Positions 1 through 8,218 are shown, counted from the stretch's first letter. The stretch: DNA of 64,000 nucleotides from Deltaproteobacteria bacterium (GCA_032128115.1 JAQBHB010000093.1:42577-106576); one strand, 5' to 3'. Translations and numbers: made by a program. Notes: generated by a model not told the origin, from the sequence alone.

Positions 1-628
1 TCTCGGGCGACACGAGTCCCGCCGACATCACCAGCTTGAAGGCGTCTTCCACGCTGATATCCACCTCGCGAATCTCGTCCTCGGGCACCAGCAGGAAGAA
101 ACCAGAGGTCGGGTTCGGGGTCGTGGGCAGGAAGCAGTTGATCGTGGGTCCGCCCGTGGCCGCTCGCACGGGGCCACGGGTCGGGCCCGTGGTGAAGGCC
201 AGAGCCCAGACGCCCTTGCGCGGGTACTCCACGAGCACCACTCGATTGAAGCGCGCCGTCTGGCTCGAGCGGAAGATCGCCTCGAACAGCTGCTTGACCC
301 CGTTGTAGATGTTTCGCGCCACGGGCACGCGCGACAGCAGTCGCTCCCCCATGCGCACCAGCTCGCCGCCGAACAGGTGGCGGGCCACCACGCCAAGCAG
401 GATGATCACCAGGAAGGTGAAGAGGGCTCCCACCAGGAACAGGCGCGGCGGGTCTTCGACCCCGGGCAGCAGCAGCCTCAGCAGGTGGGGCAGCAGCAGA
501 TCGTCGAGTTGGCGGATGATCCAGGCGGTGGCCCAGACCGTGACGCCGATGGGCGCAAAGACCAGCACTCCGGCGACGAAATAGCGTCGGATCGCTTCGA
601 GGATCCAGTTGAGCAGGCCGCGCAGCAT
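1..628 (-). CDS. DUF502-family membrane protein (3' end runs off the left edge of the window)
   Basis: Absent from the ORF track because it is truncated by the window edge. Manual reverse translation from the ATG at 628-626 gives MLRGLLNWILEAIRRYFVAGVLVFAPIGVTVWATAWIIRQLDDLLLP...RNIYNGVKQLFEAIF...VVLVEYPRKGVWALAFTT...TSGFFLLVPEDEIREVDISVEDAFKLVMSAG. This shows two N-terminal TM helices and the conserved DUF502 core pattern. Confidence 0.7.
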   Translation of the reverse strand, partial: MLRGLLNWILEAIRRYFVAGVLVFAPIGVTVWATAWIIRQLDDLLLPHLLRLLLPGVEDPPRLFLVGALFTFLVIILLGVVARHLFGGELVRMGERLLSRVPVARNIYNGVKQLFEAIFRSSQTARFNRVVLVEYPRKGVWALAFTTGPTRGPVRAATGGPTINCFLPTTPNPTSGFFLLVPEDEIREVDISVEDAFKLVMSAGLVSPE

Positions 629-633
629 GCGGT

Positions 634-762
634 CTAGAAGAGCGGGACTTCCCCGTCCGGCGCGTAGGCCGTGATCTCGCAGTCGAGCGGGATCACTTCG
701 AAGCTCGGGGGGGCGTAGCCCGAAGACTCGGGCCGCCGGTCTCGTGTGGACTCGTCGTTCAT
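634..762 (-). CDS. Unannotated 42-aa peptide ORF (MNDESTRDRRPESSGYAPPSFEVIPLDCEITAYAPDGEVPLF), PqqA-like core; candidate modified-peptide precursor
   Basis: Hand-translated and below the ORF-track length cutoff. ATG at 762-760, TAG at 636-634. 38 of 42 codons end in G/C, as expected for coding sequence in this genome. It lies 25 nt after the sulfotransferase stop and 5 nt before the DUF502 start on the same strand. IPLDCEITAY resembles the PqqA E-x3-Y core. Confidence 0.45.
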   Translation of the reverse strand: MNDESTRDRRPESSGYAPPSFEVIPLDCEITAYAPDGEVPLF

Positions 763-787
763 GGCGGCGATTCTAGCCCACCCGGCG

Positions 788-1801
788 TCAGCGCAACAGC
801 ACGTCGCAGGCCTGGCGGATGCGCCGGATCAGCCTTCCGAAGGCGTTGTGGTGGATGTTGCGACGCAAAACGATCAACAGCTTGCGTTCGAGCTTGTATC
901 GAGACAGACCGCCGGCTCTGGAGCGCGCCGCCCCGGTGTCGACGGCGGCCAGCTGGGCCTCCAACTCGTCGCGAGGGTAGCCCCAGGTCGAGAGGTCCTC
1001 ATCGCTGAGGCTCGCAAGGATGCGTTGAGCGCGTTCCACTGCGCCCGGGTTGCCGGCCATGTCCTGCTGCCAGCGCGAGATCGAAGCGGTGATGGGTCGC
1101 TTCTCGCGCGCCACGGTGATGGGGTCGCCCAGTCCGCGCACCGACCGGGCGGCGCCGGCATCGCTGCTGCCGTAATCCACCATTCCCGGCTCGAACTCGA
1201 GCCCGGCGAACTGACACAGCGTCCGCATCTGGGCGTCCGGCTCCGCGACCAGCTCCTCGTAGCGCACCTGGTGCACGGGGGCCGGGCGTTCGCGCAGGAA
1301 GCGCGCCATGGCCGGGACGTAGCGCTCGAGCAACGGGTTGTGATCGTGGGCGGCTTCGTGGTCGCCGTCGAAGAAGGACTGGACGAACGACGACCATATC
1401 GCCAATGGATTTCGCGTGAGCACCACGTAACGGGAGCGCGGATACAGCCGTGCCGCGAAGTCGAGGACCAATGCGTAGGCCGGAGTCTTGTCAAGCAGCA
1501 CGCGACGTCCGGATGCCTCGAGCAGACGCGAGTAGATGGCGTCCGTGTAGGCCCGAAGCGAGGCCAGGTAGTCCTGTTCTCCATCGGGCAGGGCGGCCAC
1601 CAGCTCTCGAATCGCCGCGCGGGTGATGATGGGATCGTACGGCGCCTGCTGGACGCTCTCGTAGTAGCCCAGGTGTGCCAGGGGCGTCAGCAGGTGAGGC
1701 TCGGGTGGAGAGGCCACGGCCGAGTGGGCGCCAAGCATCCGCGCCAGCAGGGTGGACCCGGACCGCGGCGGTCCGATGACGAAGAGGATCTGTTCGTCCA
1801 C
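788..1801 (-). CDS. Sulfotransferase family protein (PAPS-dependent, Sulfotransfer_3-like)
   Basis: The ORF 788..1936 contains the 5'-PSB P-loop GPPRSGSTLL near the N-terminus and a 3'-PB-like VVLTRNP motif. The likely true start is the in-frame GTG at 1801 (VDEQILFVIGPPRSGST), 8 nt after the upstream beta-glucosidase stop. The longer ORF would overlap that gene. Confidence 0.8.
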   Translation of the reverse strand: MDEQILFVIGPPRSGSTLLARMLGAHSAVASPPEPHLLTPLAHLGYYESVQQAPYDPIITRAAIRELVAALPDGEQDYLASLRAYTDAIYSRLLEASGRRVLLDKTPAYALVLDFAARLYPRSRYVVLTRNPLAIWSSFVQSFFDGDHEAAHDHNPLLERYVPAMARFLRERPAPVHQVRYEELVAEPDAQMRTLCQFAGLEFEPGMVDYGSSDAGAARSVRGLGDPITVAREKRPITASISRWQQDMAGNPGAVERAQRILASLSDEDLSTWGYPRDELEAQLAAVDTGAARSRAGGLSRYKLERKLLIVLRRNIHHNAFGRLIRRIRQACDVLLR

Positions 1802-1809
1802 GCCGGAGC

Positions 1810-3165
1810 TCAGCTGTCGAAGCCGTTTTCCGCCGCGACGCGCCCGTACCAGCGGCCCGACTCCTTGAGGGTCCGCTCGGTCCCGGGAAAGTCCACCCAG
1901 GCCAGCCCGAATCGTTGGCGGTAGCCCTCGGACCACTCGAAGTTGTCCAGCAGTGTCCAGGCGTGATAGCCGCGCACGTCCGCTCCGTCTGCGATGGCCC
2001 GGGCCACTGCAGCCAGGTAGCCGCGATAGAAATCGATGCGCCGGCTGTCGCGGATCGTTCCCGACGCGTCCGGGGCGTCCGCATACGAGCAGCCGTTCTC
2101 GGTGATCTCGATGACGGGCCGGTCGTAGTCGCGGGTGATGCGCTGGATCATGTCGTAGAGCGCGTCCGGCCAGACCTCCCAGCCGAAGTCGGTTTTCGGA
2201 CCCTCGTCGCCCCCCATGGGCCCCACGGCCTGGGCGCCCACGCCGTAGGGGTCGTCAGGATTCGCGGCCACCAGGGTGCGCGTGTAGAGATTGATCCCGA
2301 TGAAATCGAGCGGCGTGCGCAGCGACTCCAGGTCGCCGTCGCGCACTCCCATGCGGTCCAGGGGAACACCGTCCACGAAGGCGTCCGGGTAGCGACCGTT
2401 CAACGCCGTCTCCAGGTACCAGAGGTTCACGAGCGCGTGCCAGCGCTCGGCCGCGCTGGCGTCGGCCTCCGAGTCGCCGGCCGGCTCGCAGCTGGACATG
2501 CTGAAGGCGGTTCCAATCACCGCGTCCCCGCGCACGGAGCGCATGGCCCGGAAGGCCTCGGCCTGGGCCCGGTTCACCGTGTGGCTGGCGCGCAGGAAGG
2601 CATCCAGGTCCCGGCGCCCGGGCGCGTGGATGCCGGCCAGGTAGCCCATGACCGTGAAGATCGTGGGCTCGTTGAAGATCATCCAGTTCTCGACCCGGTC
2701 GCCCAGGGCCCTGACCACGGTCTCGGCGTAATCGGCAAAGTGCCCGGCCATGTCGCGTTCAGGCCAGCCGCCGCGATCCTCCAGGGGCTGGGGCAGGTCC
2801 CAGTGATAAAGAGTGGGAAAGGGGCGGATCCCCGCCCCGAGCAGTTCGTCCACCAGGCGGCTGTAGTAGTCGATTCCCTTGGCGTTGACCGCGCCCGATC
2901 CGGTGGGGAGGATGCGGGGCCAGGAGATCGAGAACCGATAGCTGTTGAGGTTCATCTCCTTCATCAGGGAGATGTCGTCGTCGTAGCGGTGGTAGGAATC
3001 ACAGGCCACGTCGCCCGTGTCGCCGTTCTCGACCCGGCCCGGGGTGTGGGTGAAGCGATCCCAGATCGACTCGCCCTTGCCGTCGTCCCGCCAGGCTCCC
3101 TCGATCTGGTAGGAAGCCGTGGCCGTGCCCCAGTGGAAGCCTTCGGGAAAGCGTACCCGCGTCAT
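1810..3165 (-). CDS. GH1 beta-glucosidase
   Basis: 451 aa. FPEGFHWGTATASYQIEGA N-terminus, acid/base MIFNEP and nucleophile ITENG motifs, YRFSISWPRI. This is a textbook glycoside hydrolase family 1 protein. Confidence 0.95.
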   Translation of the reverse strand: MTRVRFPEGFHWGTATASYQIEGAWRDDGKGESIWDRFTHTPGRVENGDTGDVACDSYHRYDDDISLMKEMNLNSYRFSISWPRILPTGSGAVNAKGIDYYSRLVDELLGAGIRPFPTLYHWDLPQPLEDRGGWPERDMAGHFADYAETVVRALGDRVENWMIFNEPTIFTVMGYLAGIHAPGRRDLDAFLRASHTVNRAQAEAFRAMRSVRGDAVIGTAFSMSSCEPAGDSEADASAAERWHALVNLWYLETALNGRYPDAFVDGVPLDRMGVRDGDLESLRTPLDFIGINLYTRTLVAANPDDPYGVGAQAVGPMGGDEGPKTDFGWEVWPDALYDMIQRITRDYDRPVIEITENGCSYADAPDASGTIRDSRRIDFYRGYLAAVARAIADGADVRGYHAWTLLDNFEWSEGYRQRFGLAWVDFPGTERTLKESGRWYGRVAAENGFDS

Positions 3166-3272
3166 CTGTCACCTCTCCTCTGGCGGCGCCGAGGAAATCA
3201 TCATACTCGCCGGCGCGGGCCCGGGCTCCCAGGGGGCTCCCATTTCTGTAGCTTCGCGGGTCAGGTGTTGCG

Positions 3273-4352
3273 GTGAGCGGGGAGCAGAAGCGCCGAAGCG
3301 AGCGGGCCAAGGGCCTGGCCCTGGCCCTGGGCTTCGACCTGGCCGGCGTGGCCCGCGCACTTCCCACTCCCGAAACCGAGTTCCTGCGCGATTGGTTGGC
3401 GCGCGGCTATGCAGGCGAGATGGGTTATCTGGCCCGACGGGTCGACGAGCGGGTGGATCCGCGTCGCGTTCTCGAAGGGGCTCGCAGCGTGGTGGCGGTG
3501 GGTCTCGTTTACGACCCGGGACCCCGCGATCCGACCCGCCCGGGGGAGGGCGACGTGGCTCGCTACGCCGGGGGCGAGGACTACCACGACGTGATGGGCG
3601 ATCGCCTGCGCGCCCTGGAATCGGGCCTCGAGGCCCTCGTGCCCGAGCCGGTCCGGACCCGCAGCTATGTGGACACCGGCCCGGTCCAGGAACGGGTCTT
3701 CGCGGCCCATGCCGGACTGGGATGGATCGGCAAGAACACGTGCCTGATCCATCCAGCTCTGGGGTCGTACGTGTTCCTCGGCGTGGTGCTCACCGACCTG
3801 GAGATGGAGCCTGACGCCCGCGAACCGGACCACTGCGGCAGCTGCCGCGCCTGCCTCGACGCGTGTCCGACCGATGCGTTTGCCGCGCCCCATGTGCTCG
3901 ATGCCACCCGCTGCATCTCGTACACCACGATCGAAGCGCGGGGGGCCATCGATCCGGCGCTTCGGTCGGGGCAGGGCGACCGGGTGTTCGGCTGCGACGT
4001 GTGTCAGGAAGTGTGCCCCTGGAACCTGCGCGAACGCCGCCAGGTGCCACCCGATACCCAGGGGCTGCGCCGGAGGCTGCGGCCGCGTCCCGAGTGGGTG
4101 CGGCCCTCCTTGCGCTGGATCCTGGAGCTTTCGGAAGAAGAATGGCGGGGCGCTACGCACGCCACGGCCGTGGGCCGTGCTCGCTTCCGCGGCCTGATGC
4201 GCAATGCCCTGGTGGCCGCCGGCAACTCGGGCGATGGGAAGCTCGCAGACTCCATCCGCCGCCATGTCCAGGGAGGCGACCCGTTGCTGGAAGAGCACGC
4301 GCGTTGGGCACTCGATCGGCTTGGCGAGGTCGCGGAGGGTCGACCCGACTGA
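3273..4352 (+). CDS. queG: Epoxyqueuosine reductase
   Basis: 359 aa. It has two 4Fe-4S ferredoxin-type motifs (CGSCRACLDACP and CDVCQEVCPWN), CISYTTIE, and a HEAT-like C-terminus, typical of QueG. Confidence 0.9.
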   Translation: MSGEQKRRSERAKGLALALGFDLAGVARALPTPETEFLRDWLARGYAGEMGYLARRVDERVDPRRVLEGARSVVAVGLVYDPGPRDPTRPGEGDVARYAGGEDYHDVMGDRLRALESGLEALVPEPVRTRSYVDTGPVQERVFAAHAGLGWIGKNTCLIHPALGSYVFLGVVLTDLEMEPDAREPDHCGSCRACLDACPTDAFAAPHVLDATRCISYTTIEARGAIDPALRSGQGDRVFGCDVCQEVCPWNLRERRQVPPDTQGLRRRLRPRPEWVRPSLRWILELSEEEWRGATHATAVGRARFRGLMRNALVAAGNSGDGKLADSIRRHVQGGDPLLEEHARWALDRLGEVAEGRPD

Positions 4353-4370
4353 GCCCGAGATCAGCGGCGC

Positions 4371-4430
4371 TCCCTTCGGGCTGCCAGCTCTCCCTTCGGG
4401 CTACCAGCTCTCCCTTCGGGCTACCAACTG
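4371..4430. repeat. 3 x 20-bp tandem direct repeat (TCCCTTCGGGCTRCCARCTS)
   Basis: Read directly: 4371-4390, 4391-4410 and 4411-4430 differ at 1-3 positions. Each unit contains the mini-hairpin CCCTTCGGG. The array spans the stop codon (4401-4403) of the convergent methyltransferase gene and lies 19 nt after the queG stop. Confidence 0.9.
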
Positions 4431-4940
4431 GGCGACGGCTTTCGGCCGGTCGCCCTCGGTGAGCCCCTCCCAGAAGTGGAGCACTGCCAGGTCGGGGAAC
4501 AGCTCCCGAAGCTCGCCCGGCCTCAACAGGAAGTCGGGGTTGCTCGGGCCCCAGCCCAGCTCCGGCTGGCGGGTCGTAAAGGTCTCGTAGAGCAGCAGCC
4601 CGCCCGGTGCGAGCAGGTCGCTGAGGCCTGGCGCCAGCGCGCGAAACAGGAAGCGAAACACGAGAATTACTCCACAACTACCTGATCGGATAGGGATTCC
4701 ATGCCCGCTCTCGAGATCGGCTCGGACCGGATGAATGGGCAGGTGGTGCTGGCGAGCGGTGTTTTGCAGCGCGGCCAGCGCTTCCGGATCTCGATCCAGG
4801 GCCACTACGCGCGCGCCCAGCTCGGCTGCGGCCAGGGCGTGGCGACCACGTCCACAAGCCAAGTCGAGGACGGGGCCTCGAGCCGCTGCTTCGGCCAGAC
4901 GCGATGACTCGGACCGAAGGAACGCGGAGGCCGCGGTCAC
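4401..4940 (-). CDS. Class I SAM-dependent methyltransferase
   Basis: 179 aa. It has the motif I VLDLACGRGRH followed by the acidic VVALDRD, and motif LLAPGGLLLY. Its start overlaps the stop of the upstream gene by 4 nt (ATGA). Confidence 0.75.
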   Translation of the reverse strand: MTAASAFLRSESSRLAEAAARGPVLDLACGRGRHALAAAELGARVVALDRDPEALAALQNTARQHHLPIHPVRADLESGHGIPIRSGSCGVILVFRFLFRALAPGLSDLLAPGGLLLYETFTTRQPELGWGPSNPDFLLRPGELRELFPDLAVLHFWEGLTEGDRPKAVAQLVARRESW

Positions 4941-5752
4941 CCCGCGCTCGTTGCTCGCGCTTCCAGCAGGCCCGCCATCCGGGCCGGGTGGTCGGTCACC
5001 AGGCCGTCGACGCCCAGGTCGAGGAGCGCCTGCATCTCATCGGTTTCGTTGATGGTCCACACGTGCACGACCAGCCCGTGGGCGTGGGCGTGCTCGACAA
5101 AGAGCGGCGTCACGAGAGGGCGCTCGCCGAATGCGGCGGGGACCTGGAGCGCCATGGGCCCGGCCTTGGGCGCCGCGGCGTCCTGGGCCGAGCGGATGAA
5201 GTCGGTCACGTCCCGGGTGCAGGCGCCCTGGGCCACGCGCGATCCGCTGGCTTCGATCTGGGTGCGAAGGTCGAGCATCAAGGCGTCTTCCGCGGCGGTG
5301 AGCAGGGTGCGGTCCTCGCGGTCGGCCTTCGCCACCACTTCCAGGGTTCGCGTCACCAGGCCCGGAAGATCTTCCTTGAGTTCCAGGTTGAAACGCGCGC
5401 CCGGAAAGGCCTCCAGCGCCTCGAGAAGTGTAGGGATCACGAGACCTCGACCCCGGAACGGATGGCTCCTGCCGCCATCTGGCGTGAAGCGATAGCCCGC
5501 GTCGAGCCGCCGAAGCTCCTCCAGCGAGAAGTCCGCCACCCGGCCTTCGCCGTTGGTGTTGCGGTCGACCCGGTGGTCGTGGAGGAGCACCGGGACGCCG
5601 TCGCGGGTCAGGTGCACGTCGCTCTCGAGGATCGCAGCGCCCGCGGCCAGGCCCCGCGCAAACGATGCCAGGGTGTTCTCGGGTACCTCGCCGGCGCAGC
5701 CGCGATGGCCAATTACCGTGGGAACCGCGATGTCGAAGAAGGGATGGGCCAC
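4937..5752 (-). CDS. Glycerophosphodiester phosphodiesterase (GDPD family)
   Basis: 271 aa. VIGHRGCAGEVPENTLASF and ESDVHLTRDGVPVLLHD are the GDPD catalytic His/Glu/Asp signature. TDHP lies near the C-terminus. Confidence 0.85.
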   Translation of the reverse strand: MAHPFFDIAVPTVIGHRGCAGEVPENTLASFARGLAAGAAILESDVHLTRDGVPVLLHDHRVDRNTNGEGRVADFSLEELRRLDAGYRFTPDGGRSHPFRGRGLVIPTLLEALEAFPGARFNLELKEDLPGLVTRTLEVVAKADREDRTLLTAAEDALMLDLRTQIEASGSRVAQGACTRDVTDFIRSAQDAAAPKAGPMALQVPAAFGERPLVTPLFVEHAHAHGLVVHVWTINETDEMQALLDLGVDGLVTDHPARMAGLLEARATSAG

Positions 5753-5766
5753 GCCGATACGGTATC

Positions 5767-6291
5767 ATGCGGCGCCCCATGACCGTTCTCACGCGCGATG
5801 CGATTGTCGCCGAGCTCGATGCGGGGCGCGTCCAGATCTCCCCGTTCTCCCTCGACCAGCTGGGGGCCGCCTCCATCGACCTGACCCTGGGTGACGAGAT
5901 CCGCGTGATCCAGCTCGACGCCAAACCCATTGAGCTGCGCGACGATGCGGACTATCGCAACCACACCCGCATCGAACGCCTGGACGAGCCCTACGTGCTT
6001 GAGCCGGGTTGCACGATCCACGGAATCACCAGGGAGCGCATCGTCCTGCCGCCCAATCTGTGCGGATTTCTCGAGGGAAGAAGTCGCTTTGCACGCCTGG
6101 GTCTGATGATCCACGTGACGTCTGCGTTCGTGCAGCCGGGGGTCGCGAACCGCCAGGTGTTGGAGATGAGCAATGTTTCCGGCCAGGCGCTCCGGATCCA
6201 TCCGGGTGTGCGCCTGTGCCAGCTGGTCCTGATGCGCACGGAGGGTGAGGCCCGCTACAGCGGCCGCTTCGCGCAGCAGGATTCCCTGTAG
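5767..6291 (+). CDS. dcd: dCTP deaminase family protein
   Basis: GRSRFARLGLMIHVTSAFVQPGV and VLEMSNVSG match the Dcd/dUTPase-fold trimer motifs. The longer ORF from 5665 overlaps the divergent GDPD gene, so the ATG at 5767 (or 5779) is the more likely start. Confidence 0.85.
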   Translation: MRRPMTVLTRDAIVAELDAGRVQISPFSLDQLGAASIDLTLGDEIRVIQLDAKPIELRDDADYRNHTRIERLDEPYVLEPGCTIHGITRERIVLPPNLCGFLEGRSRFARLGLMIHVTSAFVQPGVANRQVLEMSNVSGQALRIHPGVRLCQLVLMRTEGEARYSGRFAQQDSL

Positions 6292-6329
6292 GCTTGGCTC
6301 CACCCGCGGAGGCTTGACTCCACCCGCGG
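6290..6329. repeat. 2 x 20-bp tandem direct repeat (AGGCTTGRCTCCACCCGCGG)
   Basis: Read directly: 6290-6309 and 6310-6329 are 19/20 identical. The first unit overlaps the dcd TAG stop. The second unit carries a TTGACT hexamer. Confidence 0.9.
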
Positions 6330-6430
6330 TAGCGGCATCATCACGCGCGGGGGGAATTCAATCCGGATCGTCCGGACAAGTTCTGGCAGCCGTGGGCCTG
6401 GTCCCGCAGCGAGCCGGTGAGGGGGGGGCT

Positions 6431-6796
6431 GTGACCGAATCGAGAAGACTCTGCCTTGCGCTTCTGACCTGTGCGTGCCTGTTGGCGCATCCGGGGTTCG
6501 CGCAGGCCAACGACGAGAATCTGGGCGAGGAAGGCGGGTGGGGTGCGCTCGCCGCTGTGAGTACGCTGGTCTACGGACCCGTGAAGGTCTGCTACGCGAC
6601 GCTGGGTCTTGTGATCGGCGGCATGGCGTGGGGCCTGACGGGAGGCGACGGTGAGGTGATGAAAACCGTCATCACCTCGAGCGTACGCGGTGACTACGTA
6701 GTGACTCCGGACCATCTGCGTGGGACCAGGAGCCTGGAGTTCCTGGGCCGCGATCCGGCGTATCGGAACTCGGAGGTGGTCGCCGACTCCTGGTAG
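6431..6796 (+). CDS. Hypothetical secreted/membrane protein
   Basis: A GTG at 6431, preceded by a G-rich SD-like run, gives VTESRRLCLALLTCACLLAHPGFAQA, a signal peptide with an AQA cleavage site. A Gly-rich hydrophobic segment follows. No family was recognised. Confidence 0.5.
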   Translation: MTESRRLCLALLTCACLLAHPGFAQANDENLGEEGGWGALAAVSTLVYGPVKVCYATLGLVIGGMAWGLTGGDGEVMKTVITSSVRGDYVVTPDHLRGTRSLEFLGRDPAYRNSEVVADSW

Positions 6797-6815
6797 GAGT
6801 TCGAAGGGAGCCCCT

Positions 6816-6857
6816 CCCCCTAGGGGGCTTCTGGCACCCCCTAAGGGGATTCTGGCG
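6816..6857. repeat. 2 x 21-bp tandem direct repeat, each unit carrying a CCCCCTA(A)GGGG(G) palindrome
   Basis: Read directly: CCCCCTAGGGGGCTTCTGGCA (6816-6836) and CCCCCTAAGGGGATTCTGGCG (6837-6857). It lies 20 nt after the stop of the 6431..6796 gene and upstream of ccdA. Confidence 0.9.
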
Positions 6858-6892
6858 CCCGCTGCCGCGAGCGGCGATCCTGTCCGGGCGTC

Positions 6893-7666
6893 ATGGCAGA
6901 ACTGACCTCTCACGCGTATCTCGCGTTTGCGGCTGGCGTGTTGTCGGTGTTGTCTCCGTGTGTCCTTCCGCTGATGCCGGCGTACCTGTCGTTGGTGTCC
7001 GGTATTTCCGTGGAGGAGATGCGGCAGGGCGCCGGCGGCTCGGTTTTGCGTTCCCGGGTCTTGAAGGCCTGCCTGGGCTTCATCGCCGGCTTCTCCACGG
7101 TCTTCATCGTCATGGGCGTGGGCGCGGTCATGGTGGGCCACGTCCTGCGCACCTGGCGTGCCGAGGTATTCGGGATCGAGTTCGGGGCCGCGCAGATCGC
7201 GGGTGCCCTGATCGTCCTGTTGGGCTTGCACATGACGGGGATCACCCCGATCCGCGCGCTCTATCGCGACACGCGCTTCGCGGTGAACCTCAAGCAGCGC
7301 AGTGTGCTCAGCGCCTACCTGGTGGGGGCGGGCTTTTCCCTGGGCTGGTCGCCGTGCATCGGGCCGATCCTGGCGGGCATCCTGGGCATTGCGGGTTCGC
7401 GCGACACGGTGGTGGAAGGCGTGATGCTATTGACGATCTATTCCGCGGGGCTCGGAATTCCGTTCTTGATCGCGGGTTGGAGCATCGAGTACTTCTTCCA
7501 GGCGTTCGACCGGATCAAGCGCCACTTCCGCATGCTCGAGATCGCCTCCGGTGTGATCTTGATGGGAGTGGGATTGTTGATGGCGACGGATCAGTTCACG
7601 CGCCTCAACAGTGAGTTCAGATTCATGAATGACCTGGTCAACGCAGCCGAGAAATGGCTTCAATGA
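6893..7666 (+). CDS. ccdA: Cytochrome c biogenesis protein CcdA (DsbD-family thiol-disulfide transporter)
   Basis: 257 aa polytopic membrane protein with the LSPCVLPLMPAYL and WSPCIGPIL motifs characteristic of CcdA/DsbD transmembrane cysteines. Confidence 0.85.
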   Translation: MAELTSHAYLAFAAGVLSVLSPCVLPLMPAYLSLVSGISVEEMRQGAGGSVLRSRVLKACLGFIAGFSTVFIVMGVGAVMVGHVLRTWRAEVFGIEFGAAQIAGALIVLLGLHMTGITPIRALYRDTRFAVNLKQRSVLSAYLVGAGFSLGWSPCIGPILAGILGIAGSRDTVVEGVMLLTIYSAGLGIPFLIAGWSIEYFFQAFDRIKRHFRMLEIASGVILMGVGLLMATDQFTRLNSEFRFMNDLVNAAEKWLQ

Positions 7667-8175
7667 GGCGACGCCTGTGGGTGGGTGTGCTGGGGCTGGC
7701 ACTGGGGCTTGCCGCGTGCTCGCCGGTCGGGGAGGGCGGACGCGGCACGGGTGAGCCCGCTCCGGACTTCACGCTGCAGGATCTGAACGGCGTGCCGGTG
7801 ACCCTGGCGGAGTTCCTGGGCAAGACCGTCATCATCGACTTCTGGGCCACCTGGTGCCCACCCTGCCTCTTCCAGGTCCCGGAGCTCAACGAGTTCTGGG
7901 CTGCCCACAAGGACGGGGGCGAGGTCATGGTCCTCGGCGTGGCGGTCGACGTGGAGGGGGCCGAAATCGTGGGGCCCTGGGTGGCGGAGCAGAAGGTGGC
8001 GTACCGCATCCTGCTGGGGGAGGAGTCGCTGGCTCGGGAATTCGGAGCCATGGGCTTCCCCACGCTGGTGGTGGTGACACCCGACGGCCAGGTGGAATCG
8101 CGTCACGTGGGCCTGATGGAGGTGGCCGAGCTCGAGGAGATCCTGGCCGAGATCCAGGGCCGAGGCGCCACCTAA
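7663..8175 (+). CDS. TlpA/ResA-family thiol-disulfide oxidoreductase lipoprotein
   Basis: MRRRLWVGVLGLALGLAACS contains a lipobox. Thioredoxin-fold WATWCPPC active site. The ATG at 7663 overlaps the ccdA stop (ATGA), which suggests translational coupling. The ORF track's longest start is 7654. Confidence 0.85.
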   Translation: MRRRLWVGVLGLALGLAACSPVGEGGRGTGEPAPDFTLQDLNGVPVTLAEFLGKTVIIDFWATWCPPCLFQVPELNEFWAAHKDGGEVMVLGVAVDVEGAEIVGPWVAEQKVAYRILLGEESLAREFGAMGFPTLVVVTPDGQVESRHVGLMEVAELEEILAEIQGRGAT

Positions 8176-8218
8176 AGGCCGCGGGGCGGAGCGCCGAAAC
8201 CGCCCGCTGGGGGGATCC

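Noticed and set aside
1810-3165. GH1 enzyme next to a sulfotransferase as a myrosinase-like thioglucosidase (glucosinolate-type chemistry)
   Set aside because: Both the acid/base NEP and the nucleophile TENG glutamates are present. This is as in ordinary O-beta-glucosidases, whereas plant myrosinases lack the acid/base Glu.
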